A stretch of DNA of 60,000 nucleotides from Lama glama. Taxonomy: Eukaryota. Shown piece by piece: positions 13,601 through 25,999 of the stretch (its first letter is position 1; each line of letters opens with the position of its first letter). The notes below the pieces were generated by a model that was not told where the DNA came from, ran no database searches, and worked only from the letters and a program-made list of their open reading frames with translations. The translations under genes and the position numbers were made by a program. The stretch spans positions 100,876,001 to 100,936,000 of the forward strand of contig CM052816.1 of assembly GCA_028534125.1 (NCBI GenBank). Direction: 5' to 3'.

Positions 13601-15439
13601 CGCTCTTTCCTCCATAGTCCGCCCAAGGTCACAGAGCTCTGCCTCTAACTCTCATTTTTTCAACAAAAAACCTCAGGCGAGCGATGCTACCTTTTAGCGT
13701 CTGGCGACTCTGCTTGTAAATGGGCAGAGTTGCTCAGGAAACGCTGCATGGAGTTAATTTAAGAAATACTTGCCGGCCCACTTGTGCACTCTTTAATTTA
13801 GTAAATACTTGCCAGGTCGCATGGCCAAGATGCCTGTGAGCGCAGGCCCTCCGAACAAACACCAGCTGCTCGTGCCCAGACAGACGCACTGGGGGTCAGT
13901 CGTGTGGCCGTGCACAGCAGGCGGGTGTGCGAAACACAGACAGTGGCTGCAGGAGACGCGTCGGCTCTGCCGGGGGCGCCCAGCCGGGGGTGGGGGGGCG
14001 TCACGGCCACGGTGCCATCCGAGCCGCGCACTGACGCAGGGAGGAGGCCTGCTGGCGGAGGGCTCGCCTCGGAAAGGAGGCTCACGGCCCCTTCTCGGCT
14101 GCGGGGGCCCACCTCTCAGAGGAGGGCGGGCAGAAGCGTGAAGGAGACCTTTAAGCCCACGGGGGTGAGAGCGAGAGCAGGGCAGCCCGGACCCAGGGGG
14201 AGGGAAGCTCGCAGACGCGCCCGCCCCCGCCCCCGCCGCACAGGCGGCCGCTGCCCTTGTCCGGTTTGGTTTTCTCTTCTCGGTGAATGAAAAGGGAAGG
14301 AAAAGGGGGACAGAAGAGCAAAGCGGAACATTAAGGAAAAGAGGATGAACTGAACCTTCTGGCTAATCAGAGGGAAATCGGGTAGAGAAACACACGCCGC
14401 TAGGTCATCTCACGGCCGGGCACTCAGAGTCTCACTTAGACTTTTGGAACGACTGTCCCCAAGGTTCCCAGAGCCGCGCGCGGGCCGGTGACACCCGGCG
14501 CCCCGTCCTGCCCAAAGCTGGGTCTGCGTGAGCCCCACTGAAGCCCGAGACAGCATGGAAGCAGCTGCGTGTTGTGCTTTTATTCGCCTCCTTTGCGTCC
14601 TGCTCCCAGATGCACATCCTACTTTATTTGGAATTAACCTTTCTATGTAAAACATTCTAATACTCAGTGAACAGCAGTGACTTTTTCTGCTGTCAGGTGA
14701 GGCAGGCGGCGCTGGCTGCTTCGCCCAGTGTCAGTTCCAATCCTCCCGTCTCTCTGCCCCGCCTCCCATTTAAGAGAAAACTTTCAAGGCCAGAACCCTG
14801 GTTCCCAACACTGCCTGCAGCTAGACTTTTCCACGGCACCAGTTGCAGTCCGACTGTGGGAGAGGAAGGTGCCCTTACCCTTGGCAAGGGTCTGGGCAAG
14901 CTCATGGGCCTGCCCCCCACCCGAGCGTGGTCGCAAGCTCTGTGACTGCGGCCGCTTCCACTGACCGGGCGCCCACCAGCACGGGAAGGGGACCCGCTCG
15001 CGGCAGCGCCGCCCCTAGCAGCCGACACTCGCCTCACGGAAGGAAAAGTAAAGCCCTGTCATTCTGAGCCGCTGGGCATCCATTGCCTGGCTGGCGCTGT
15101 GAAGTAAGACGAGAAGGTCGCATTTGTCTGACTCTGCAGCAAACCCGGGCAAAGCCCCAGCTGGCCACTGACCAGCGTCCCATCAAAGACCCAAGGGAGA
15201 ACCATTCAACCTGGTGGGTAGCCCACGGCACTGTGGGCGAGGACGACTCATTCTTTCAGGCAGCAAAGTTTTGAGATGACTTGTCATAAACTAATACCTG
15301 ACTAGGGGGGTCCTGGTGATCTGGGGGGAATTTCTTACTTTCTGAATAGCAAGCAGCCCTGGGCTCTCCCTGCGTCAGCCCGGGCCAGCCTGTCCTCCGG
15401 GCGCCGCGGCTCCTCTGCAGGGCAAAGGCGATTAGACGC

Positions 15440-15710
15440 TGAGATCCGGGCGGCGGGTGTGTTCACTGCTCCTGACGTGCCAGCACACTGAGAGTCTCTC
15501 AGCAGACAGACCTAGGAGAGACTTGGATTCAGATACAGACACAGGTAAGTGCACAAACATATCTATTTCTCCATCTGTAAGAATAAATTTATGAGTTCAC
15601 TGATAATGCCTCTAATTGCGATCCAAAACCACAGGGAGCATTCTAGACATAGAACTCCCTTCTCCTACAAACACCGACTCCCATTTTCCCAAAATACATT
15701 CTCCTTTGCT
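15440..15710 (-). mobile_element. L1MC/L1MD-type 3' UTR fragment
   Basis: ctctcagcagacagacctaggag...atgagttcactgataatgcctctaattgcgatccaaaaccacaggg resembles the antisense L1MC/MD 3' region. Confidence 0.55.
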
Positions 15711-15809
15711 GAGTGAAGCATGGAAAACACGGAAAGTGGTTTCAGGTATGTTAGCCCATCGAGGTGATAAAAGCAAGGCTATAAGCAGAGTTCAATGCGT
15801 GCAGGTTTT

Positions 15810-16370
15810 CTTTGTTTTCGTCACAAGTTACATACGGTGAGGTGCACAGTTCCCAGGTGTACAATGCGATGGGCTTTGACAGGTGCACGCGCCATGCGGA
15901 CCGTAACAACACTGCACATGCCCGCTGCCTCCAAAGCCCCCCCCCACCCCGCCTCACAGCCACCACGAGGCAAACTTTTCTGATTGTTGTCACCGCAGAT
16001 TAGTGTTTCCTGTCTTCGTGTGGCAGGGCCTCGTGCAGCAGATTCGTGCAGTCTGGCTTTTTGTCTCTGACTCTTTTGCTGAGCCCGACGTCCGTCCGCT
16101 TCACCCACGTGATCACGAGGTTAGGTAGCTTGTTCCTTGTCTTCTGCTCTGTTATTCCCTTGCACAAACGTCACAGTCTGTTCATTCGCTTTTCTCTTTA
16201 TGAACATTGGGACTGTTTCCAGTTGGCGGCTGTTATGAATAAAGTCCTGTGAACTTTTTTGTGCAAGTCTGTTTGTCAAAATAAACTTTTATTTCTTTTG
16301 GGAAAATACCTGGCAGTGCGGCAACGAAGTCACAGGTAACTGCATGTTTTATTAGGGCCTGCCAATCTCC
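15810..16370 (-). mobile_element. Old L1 (L1ME/L1MB) 3' end fragment
   Basis: tctggctttttgtctctgactcttttgctgagc and gaacattgggactgtttccagttggcggctgttatgaataaagtcctgtgaac match the antisense old-L1 3' end. Confidence 0.75.
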
Positions 16371-16789
16371 AAAGAGCAGAAGGGTGTATTGTGAGGGGCC
16401 CGGGTCAGTGGGCTCTGAGTTGTATGAGCCCCTCCAGGGAGGAGGGGTGGTGAGACCCCCTACTTGTCACTGAACTGGACAGATGTCGTGGGCAACCCTG
16501 GGACAGACGGCTTGCCAGTGGCGACTGGGGTGGGGGACAATCCCGTGGGCCTGAGCCCGTCCCCGTGGGGCCGGACGCCGCCCCAGGCAGATGGGGTCGG
16601 GGCTGAGTGAGACTCGAGTCCCCCGGCTGGTGCCGCAGGATGGCCTCTGCCTGGGGCGTCGGGTGGTTCGGGGGACACGGCGGGAGGGCGAGCCTTTCCC
16701 TCCCAGGGGACGCCCCGCACCGTCTTCTGGAACTTCCCTTTGCTTATAAAATGAAGGCTCCAAACAATTGTGAAATGCTTCAGGACCAC

Positions 16790-16915
16790 CCTTGCAAAAG
16801 AAACTTAACCAAATCTACCTGAATTAATAGTTCACCGGCCAGCAAACAGGTAATGAAAACTAGGTCAAATGGAAGTAACAGAGTTAAGTGCCGGGAATGA
16901 ATTAATCCACTCAGA
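16790..16915. promoter_or_regulatory. Candidate enhancer: RORE plus homeodomain motifs
   Basis: AT-rich island in GC-rich DNA; AAAACTAGGTCA (16856-16867), TAATCC (16903-16908), TTAAGTG and several TAAT cores. Confidence 0.35.
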
Positions 16916-17699
16916 GCCATCTTCCGGTGAAACCTGCTCTGAGCCTTTGTCCCCTCTGGCGTGCAGCGGTGGGTGCGGGCCCTGCCTGGCCCAGCACGGG
17001 CGGGGTGCGTGGGGCACGGGGCCTCAGACAGCCCACCGAGTCCGTGCGCCCGCGGGCGGGCGGGAGGCGCACAAGCCAGCGGGGCAGGGGACACGGCCGT
17101 GTCTCAAGCGGCTTCTCCCCGTGCCGCACAGATGCAGAGCTGCACACACTCATCTCCGAGGCAGGCCCTGGCCTCACCTCCAGCCTGGCTGGGGCCGGGG
17201 GGCCGGCAGGGACGTGGTGACCGGCCGTTGGTCGCTCTCCCTTCAGAGAAGCAGAACCAGCTCCCCCCACGCGAGGACGGATTGACTTCACATCAGAAAG
17301 GGCCCTCGGACCCACCTGACCCCTCGCTGACTTCCCTGCCCGCCATCACCGCCCACAGGCAGAGCAGAAGCCGGGGTGGCCGCGCCCAGCCCGCCACCAC
17401 CCCTTCCTGACACCCAGGCCTGAGTGCCACGGGCTCGCTGGACTCCGGAAACCGGGAGGGGCTGCAACCGCCCAGCAGACAAGCCAGCCACGCCAGCCCT
17501 CCCCGCGGCCCCCACCCTCAGTCAGCCGGGCCCTGTGGCTGAGGACGTCCTGACCCGGCTGACACCCCCTCCCCGGTCACCACTCTCCCGGCACTGGCCA
17601 CGCGTGCACACGGGGCGCCGCCCCCAGGCTGGCCCACAGGGTCTGCCAAGCCCCCACCAGCTCCTCTGCCCCCTCTCCGGCTTTGTTCTGCAAGACACA

Positions 17700-18000
17700 A
17701 GCTGCAAAGAGGTTTTAATCCCTCACTTTTAAAATGTCCCAATTTGGGTGATAAAATGCAGGGGTCACTCACTCACCCAGTGGGATTAAATCCCACTTTT
17801 CTTTTTAAAGATGGGATTAAAATGCAGAGCGTTATTTGACAAGTGGAAAGTGGAGCGATGGCAAAAGTTAGAAGTAAAAGTTATCTGCACGGAGGAAAAG
17901 AAATGAAGTATTTCTGTGCAATAATTTGTTAAACCTTGCAAGAATTAGAAGAATGCGTGGAAATGTGCTTAGAGATGCCCGTAAAACTCACACAGATATA
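17700..18000. promoter_or_regulatory. Candidate enhancer with homotypic K50-homeodomain (OTX/CRX/PITX-class) cluster
   Basis: TTAATCCC at 17715-17722 and GGGATTAA at 17782-17789 and 17813-17820, in non-repetitive AT-rich sequence. Confidence 0.5.
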
Positions 18001-21000
18001 AAGGGGGACTAAAAGCCCCACGCTGGTCCCTCAGCCGCCCCGTTCAGGTGGCGTGAGGAGTCGGAGGGGGACGTCATCACATGAGTGGGACCAGGGTGTT
18101 CACCCCTCGGAGAGTCGTCACCCCAGGGCTGCTTTTCCACAGAGAACACACTGTTTCGGGGACTTGGTTTAAAGTCATAATTACTATGCAAATAGACACA
18201 CAGGGAAGTCACAAAATGAAAACCCTAAATGTGCCTCTGGATTTACATCTGATTTGCAACTATCACCAGTGCATCCGGGAGCATCTCGTAACGTTAGAGG
18301 GATCACCGTGCGGGTTTCCTTTTATCAGTTAAGCATTTCCTTAAGCACCAGTTTTATTTACAATGTAGTGAATGAAATTTTCTTAAAACCTGAAACACGC
18401 TATCCAAAGGCCCCTGGGGTCCTTCCTGCAGGCCCTGAATCCGTGAGAATTTACCCCCCTAACAAGAGGAAGTTGCCCTACGTTGAGGCAATCTGTTGCA
18501 AAGGTCTCTGAAATAATGTGCCAGCACCGTGTCTTAGACTCTTGCTGACAAAATGCAGCCTGAACAACCTTCAGATTTCCGCAAATAACAAGCCCGTGTC
18601 TCTCGCTGAGGGTCTGCTGTTCAGCTGGGGGCGCTGCTCAGGCTGCGGGTGATGCCCCGTCCACTCCCTGGAATTTAACACCCAGGGTCCAGCGCTCACG
18701 GGAGGCCAAGCCCACGTCGAAGTGTCCTCACTGGCCTGGAGCCCGGGAAGAGGCTGCCCTGGTGGAGAAGGAACAATTCCGTAGCAGGGAGGGCGTGGGG
18801 ACTGGACCAGTTGTTCACCCCCCGCCACCTACGTATCCACAGAACTACCTCCAGGGCCAAACACGGGACAAATGGCATCCAACCGCCACCGAGGGCCCTT
18901 TAACCTGACAAGACGCACAACACACAATGAAGAAACTATCACGTTAGTTGGCTAGACGCCGCAGTAGGAGGCTGTTAGAAACACAAGGAGAAATGTAAAT
19001 TGACATCAAGAGTTAACAGGTAAGCTCACCCCTCAGCCGCCGCAGACCAAGTGGAGAGAAACGGCCGATGGGAAACACGATAAATAAACTGTAAGTCAGC
19101 AGCTGGGAGGAAACTGCTTTCTAAAGGCGACGGCAGCTCCTCCATCACTTGGAACGACAGCCAAATGTTTGCAGAAGAGAGTCGTGTACTAGTTTTCAGA
19201 GACCCCTGATGAGCTTATGGAATGACACCCGTCGACCGCAGGCCGGAGAAAGCAAGCTAGCGAAACCGGTCACAGGGGTTAGAATACAGCCCAGCTCCGA
19301 AATCTGAAGGACAGAATCCTGACTCACTTTCCAAAGAGAAGACAAAGACTCCTACTAAGGCTAACTGAAAAGCAAAGTGAGAACCTCGCACGTGGACATG
19401 AGCGGGAAGGGCGAAAGCTGAACTCAGAGAAAACGGAAGTCTGTGAATGCTTTTATAATTAAGAAAAAGAAACAAGTTATTGTGGGTTTTCCCTGCTGAA
19501 TTTTCACAAGCTTTTTGGGAACGCAGCGCTCCATGCTTGGCAGAACCCAGGGAGAAGGAAGTCCCTCCGACCAACTCACGAGGCCCCCGTAACCTGGGTG
19601 CTAAAACCTTATGCATCCAAAGGGCGCTACGGTCAGACATTTCTTAAGAGCATGTTGGTTCCAATACATTTTGTGTTTTCCTGACTTTCTCTAATGAGCA
19701 TGTATTCCTTCCACAATAAAAGTAGTAAATTCTCCGAACAGTGAACACGCTGGGAGGCATGGGATGCGCGCGGCACCACTCAGAGGGCGCCAGAAAGGGA
19801 GTCCTTTATCTCCTGGCCCGCGTGCCCGCCGTCCGCAGGGCACATAACACGGCGCTCAGACTCTCTCTGCGCGCTCCTCTGAGGGCAGCTGTGTTGCGTG
19901 CGCGTCGAGCGCGGCGCCAGGACCCAGGCCTGCAGGAGCCCTGGGCGGGTGCCTGACAAGCCCTGTCCACCTCCTCCTTGGTGACCCTCCTGGAACGGGG
20001 TGGACCCAGCCTCCCTGACGGGCTGCAGGCTCTATGCCTCCATGAGCCCGTCCCTCGTCCTGTCCTGACCAGAGCGGCTTCAGCAGGACACGTGGCGGAC
20101 ATGACGCCAGGTCTCTGACTCAGAGCTCCTGCCCTCTCGGGCTCCGGGACACTGATCTGGGCACGGGGACCCGGCAGCCCCTGGGGGCGACAGGACGCCA
20201 CGCTTTGCCCTCTGTTTAAACAAGCACAGGATTCTCATATATTCAGCCACCACGTTTTCACCTCCCTTCACGTGCCTAAGACCAGGGGACAGTCTCTCAC
20301 GTCCCCTGACTCGGGCCCCCAGCGAGGCTGTGGGTGAGGCTCTCACCCACACCTGCAGGGACAGGACCCCACCTGCCACCAAGTGTGGCGGGCGGACCCA
20401 CCCAGCTTCCAAATGCATGTCACCACTTGGCTGTACGGCGTCTCCAAAACCGTGTTCTCTGGCTTCATATTGCGCCCAAGTTGCTTTTCACCGTTTTTAC
20501 ACGAAACACCACGCTGCAGGGAGGAATCCTTCACACACAGCATTTACAAAGCACTCGAAGGAGAACAGCTTAAATGCGTAAACCACTTTCACAGGTCTGT
20601 CCTGATGGCCTGACAACACAATTTCTAAACAAAGTTCCAGGCCGCTACAGGGATGTAACGCGAACAACTAGCTTTGCCGTCGCGGGGGTGGCATCGGAAG
20701 CCGGATTTATCTTCTCTCCGTGGGCCCTGCTCGTCTCAGTTTGGAAACGGGCAGCGGGACTGAAGGAAGGCAGAGTGAGTCCCCAGCACTAATGCCGTGG
20801 CTTTCCAAGCGCTTACCTGTTAGTGATGAAAAACGGTTGTTCCCACCCAGTTAATTACCTCGGAGACGGCACTAACTCAAATTACAAAACTATCTAGGTG
20901 TTAGCCCATGTCGTTAAGCTCCATGCCACTGAATAGAAGCACATGGCATCTCTCAGCTTCCCCAGCCCCCGCTTTTGGGTTGATTTGCACCAGGACCTCG

Positions 21001-21569
21001 TATTTGTCTGTGTCCGCAGTTTGGAGAATGCACCTCATTTGCTAGTAGCCAGAGAAGGACCTCCTCACACAGACCCCTGGGGCCACGCAGGTTGGAAGTG
21101 ATCAGGAGACAAGCTTATAATGAGGGTAATTCCGATCAGGTTTAATTACGTAAAGTCGTGAGCAGATGAGGCAGGGTCTGCACAGCAGGGGCTCCAGCAC
21201 GGAGTGCCCAGTGCCAGCAGAGGGGTAGCCGTGTCACCAACCATGCCATCAGCCACTGGCTCCCCGCTTAGAGACCTCCGTGTCACCGAAACACAGAAGT
21301 CCCAGGGGGATGTCTCCATGAAAAGGTTGTATATTGGGGATTAGCTACCCAGTCATGAGGTGTGTCACTTGCTTGTTCCACAGCTATATTAAGCTCTCTG
21401 TCCCTTTACAGAGCCAGCTCTCAATTATCCATCACAAGCAAAGTTCAGTGGCAGGAACCCAGCTGACAGGCAATTAAATACAATGTACATTTAGCTTTAA
21501 AATGAACTGCACAGTGGAAACAAGAAAAAGACACCTTGTAGGTTATTAAGTTACCAAAAGTTTAAATGG

Positions 21570-22685
21570 CATTTTTAAATTGTTACAAAAGCAACATATT
21601 TGAATGTTGACTTTTAAATCAAACAGTGAAACAGCAGCAGAGCCCCTGCCCCAGGGTCGGGCCGCACACTCCCTGGGAGAGGCCCCTCCAGGCACTGCCG
21701 GCTACGCGCTTCTGGTTATTTTTGCCTCCGCACCTCGTGGTGATGTGCTTACAGCACTGTGTTCAGATATCAAGCTTTGGCTCTATCTGTTGACTTCCCG
21801 CCGTGCGACGTGGGCCGTGGGACTCTGGCTCACTACGTTGCCTCTCTGTCTCCACGTCTGACGATTCTCAGCTCCGGGGTTGGTCACTTTGTCACTTTAG
21901 ATCATGCGGTTGGAATTCTACTTCTCGTTCCACTAACTGTGGAGTAAATATTGTTTCCCTGCATCATGAGATGAGGCTGTAACGTCCCTGATGGTTCCAC
22001 TTACTCAGCGTCCCTCCGTTGCACCTCCCGAGTTCTCCTCACATGTTACTTTTCTATTGTCACGTTCACTAGTATTTCAGCCTGTTCCACAGTCATAATT
22101 AAGCATTCTCTGATTTCTGTCTGATTGACTCTAAAGCTTGAAAAGTCAATGAAGCATATGTATGTTTTGAACTGCGTATGTTACTCACTGCAAAGTGGAA
22201 TCATGTGCTACAGTTCTATGTCCTTCCTCTAATAGCTTTTTGGTTTCCCTGGAGTTTCTAATTGCTTTGCTTTTCTTGCTAACTTGCTTTTACCTGGTCC
22301 TTAAGATCTAATATTTTAAGGGCATTATCGAATCAGTGAAAAATCCCTCCATCCTCACTTTTTCCTCCCCAGAGACTTCCCTCCTGGAGATGTCTGTGCT
22401 CCTGGACGCACTGCTCTCTACACCTGTCATCCCGGGACTTAAATTTCTCACTGTCCTGAGTTGTATCCATTGTTCTCCCAGACCCACATCTTCCTGACTC
22501 CCTCGTGATTTTGTTGGAGAATACCCTCATACAACATCCTCATGCAACACAGGTCTGCACGGGAGCCATGGATAGTGAAGAAGCACACACTGATGCTCTA
22601 TTTATACCATTCTCACAGCTAACAATTGCTTGATTTGTATCTAAGACTGGGCTTGCCTGAGACAAGATATTCACTGCAAGCAGGC
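21570..22685 (-). mobile_element. HAL1-like (half-L1) decayed element
   Basis: cttccctcctggag...ctgtcatcccgggac...gagttgtatccattgttctcccagacccacatcttcc...ttttgttggagaataccctc follows my recall of antisense HAL1. Confidence 0.55.
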
Positions 22686-23659
22686 TTTTTTTTGGGGGGA
22701 GGGGGGATGCTCCCTGGAGGCCCTGGTAGTGAGGCAGGAAATTGAGGAAAAGAAGAAAACAGAAACCACTATGATGTGACTGAACGTGCGGGTAACCGCG
22801 GTGAGCCAGTGAGGATGCTGGGAGCGCGTGGTCGCACATCCTCCAGGTTATTCCAGGTGCGGTGATGAGCCAGGAAGCCCTGTCAGGTACCCGGAGAGGG
22901 GTGCTCCCGGGAGTGCCGGCTGCCTGGAACTTCCAGCCTGCAGGTTGGCACCGTCGGCCAGAGAAAGCCTTTTAGCAAAGACCTGCAGGTGTCACGGGAG
23001 GAAGCGTGCACCTGCTCAGGGAGGGTCCTTGGTGGGGGAGGGTGTGGGAGGACGCCCAGTGCGTCTGCCTCAGCAGTGCCGCTTCCTGGTTATTTAAAAT
23101 GTATTCTTAGTTAGAAGATGAATGATCTTCTTGAATTTTCTCTGGGAGTATCAGAGCCATTGACAGTGTTTCCTTTGGTTTCCCCAGTTGTGTCTCTTCC
23201 CCAGAGCCAGGCTGTCCCACTTCCTGGAGGCTGGTGCACGAGCAGGCTTCCCAGCCAGCAGACTTGCTGTGAGGGAGGGTTGGGTGTGGACCAGTCATCG
23301 CAGCAGGAAACTCTCAAGTGCCAGCGTGAGGGGGGCTTCGGGGAGGCACCCACTGCACACACTCCCGTTCTGGCTCTGTTTCTCCCCCAGCGCCTTCCTC
23401 AACCTTGTGGAAATGCAGATTTGGGGGAGAAATCAAGTCCTCAGCGCTGGGCACGTTCAGTGAGATGCTCGTTAGGCCTCCAAGCCAGGCGGCAAGCAGG
23501 CGCTGGCTATGGGGGTCTGGACTCGGGGAGAGAGCTCTGAACGGCAGGCGCAGCTGCCTGGATGGCTGCTCTAGGGGTGTCACTTAAAACACGAGGCTGA
23601 ATGAGACCCACGCGTGCGAGAAAGAGAAGACAGAGAGAAGCCCAAGACCCGAGCTCCAA

Positions 23660-24091
23660 GGACCAACGAGGAACCAGTGAGACTGGATGTCTGAAAATAA
23701 CAGAAACTCCCTCAGCGTCCGGAGGCTGCCGGCCCAAGACCCGGTGTCCGCAGGGCGGGTCCTCTGAGGCCGTGGGGGAGGCTGCTCCCCGCAGCCCTCA
23801 GCCCCTAGCGTTTGCTGGCGGCACTGAGCGACCTTTGCCTCGGAGCCGCGCCTCCCCAGTCCCCAGCGCCACAGACCTCACGCCCTCCTCCTGTGCATGC
23901 CTGTCTCCACGCCCACGTCTCCCCTTCTTGGGAGCACACCACTCGTGCTGGATGAGGGTCCGTCCTAATGGCCTCCTGCCAACCTGACCACTTCTGCAAA
24001 GATCCTACTTTCAAATAAGGTCGCTTCGAGGTCCCGGGGGCTAGGGCCTCAACACAAAGATTTGGAGAGGGGGGACACAGTCAGCCCATGA
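23660..24091 (-). mobile_element. MaLR LTR (MLT1C-like), solo
   Basis: aataacagaaact...ctgcaaagatcctactttcaaataaggtc...ctagggcctcaaca...gggacacagtcagcccatgac is a typical antisense MLT1 sequence. Confidence 0.8.
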
Positions 24092-24189
24092 CCCTTAGCT
24101 CGCTCCTCAAACCCAGGCCCACACCCCCTAGTCCCTGGGAAAACACCCCCACCCGGGGCTGCGTGGGGAAAGGCTGCTCCGTCAGGCAG

Positions 24190-24890
24190 CTGACCATCTG
24201 CCACTGCCACTCGGCTTGTACGCTTTCCAAAAGGCATGTTTCAGTTTTCAAAAATTTGCTTATGCCGATCATATTTCTACCATTAAATATGTAAATTAAT
24301 TAAATATTCTACAATCTCATGAATGTGAAAAGAGAGCTATTCTTTATGAAAATCAAGTTTAAAAACCTGATGCATGAAGAAGAAACTTGCTCACAAGAAA
24401 AGTGACTTAAAACATTCACTATGAAATTGCCATTGGATCCAGTAACCATAAAAGATGGGGACAAGCCCTAGGACCCCGGCAGGGGTCTCCCCTCAGGCTG
24501 TGCTGCGAGTGTTTTGATGTTCTTGACGCCCTTGAAGGAAGCCCAGCTGTAAACAGAAGTCGGTGCCCTTTTTATGGAGTAGAAGGAAGACGGGAAAGAG
24601 TCTGCTCATCTCCAGCCAGCGGGCTTCCACTCAGAGACCCAGGCTCCACGTCAGAAGTGCCCACGTCTGTGTAAAAGGAAGATGAACCATGAAGGCGTTT
24701 GTCACTGTGATTTGTCTCCGTCCGACTCCACTGCGGGGCCTGCGTCAGCCCCGCGCCCCCCGCCGCACGCCCAGGCGTCGGACGGCGCACCAGCTGCAGA
24801 TGGCCGCGGGGCTGAGCTCGTCCCTCCGTGGGGGGCGGGGGGGCAGCCTGACCCGTGGAGGGACCGGAACTGACGGGGGAAGTCTTACAA
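24190..24890 (+). mobile_element. Ancient Tigger-type (Tigger13a-like) DNA transposon relic
   Basis: atgaatgtgaaaagagagctattctttatgaaaatcaagttt...gtaaccataaaagatgggg resembles the CENP-B/pogo transposase N-terminal segment as I recall it; highly decayed, no ORF. Confidence 0.5.
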
Positions 24891-25999
24891 GGCGCAGTCC
24901 CTCGGGTGGAAAGCTTGGCTAAACGTTAACACAGACAGATTTCACTTGAATTGTGTCTGCCTTCCTCCTCCGAGCTCCATGCTTGGTTCTCTTCTCCCGG
25001 ATCACTTTTGTTTCCCGCCAAATTCCAGGGAAAAGCAGCAGTTGTTTCCAGGGGGACTCGGTGTTGATCCCCTCATTCCTCCGCTGCAAGAGGGCACACC
25101 CACCTGCGTCTGGGATCCTAGGCTCAAGGAATTCGAGAGCAAGCAAGATGCTGGAGGCCCTCCCTCCTGGGGCTGCCCACAAGCACTCATGGAGCACCTG
25201 CTGTTGCATCAGGAGTGCTCTGCTGTGGGGGGCGCACAGTCAGAGGGCCGGGGACACTGCCCTCCTGGAGCATACAGGCCACCAGAGTAGCCAGGACAGA
25301 GGTGGGGCAGGGGGCCGGGGTGTCGGGGGCTGCTCACTGGCTCGGCCTGGTGCACCTTCCTCCAGCCGCTTTCCAGCAGCCCGAGAGGAGGCTGTTACCC
25401 TGACTCCCAGGTGCGAAGCCCAGGAAATGGCACAGATGGGAAGCAAGGGGGACAGTGGAGGAAGCCCTGCCCTCCCGTCTCCCCTCTCCATGGACGTGAG
25501 CTGCACGGCGGTCCCCGGTCTGTGCAACTCTGCTGGCCCTGTTTCGGGCACGGAGTCCCATCACTCCGTCCACACTCACGTACTTGTGCGGCGGAGCCCC
25601 CAGCGGGCGCATGGCCCCGACACGCTGTAAATGGTCAGGTCAGCCACAAACGCGGCTGTCTTATCCCTCTGAAGGCGCCCCCCTCAGTCAGCATCTCCGC
25701 ACATCCTGCCCGTCCTGACAGTGGACTTGCCCAAACCCACCTGGGCTGCGGCTCCGGGATCCACCTGGCTCAGGTCCAGAGGGTCATCTGAGTCGGGTCA
25801 GCTGGAGGGGACCTCCAGGTGCCGGCCGAGTGCGTCCGCGGGAGTCACCGCAGGAGCAGGAGCCCCAGGGGTCAGGTGCGGGTGGCCGTGAGCCGGGGCT
25901 GGTGGCGGGGTTGCTGGCGGGAGCTCCCCAGTCAGAGCAGTCAGAGCAGCGCTGGTAGGGCAGGTGCCGGCGGGGGCTGAGCTCTGGGCTCGAGCACCT

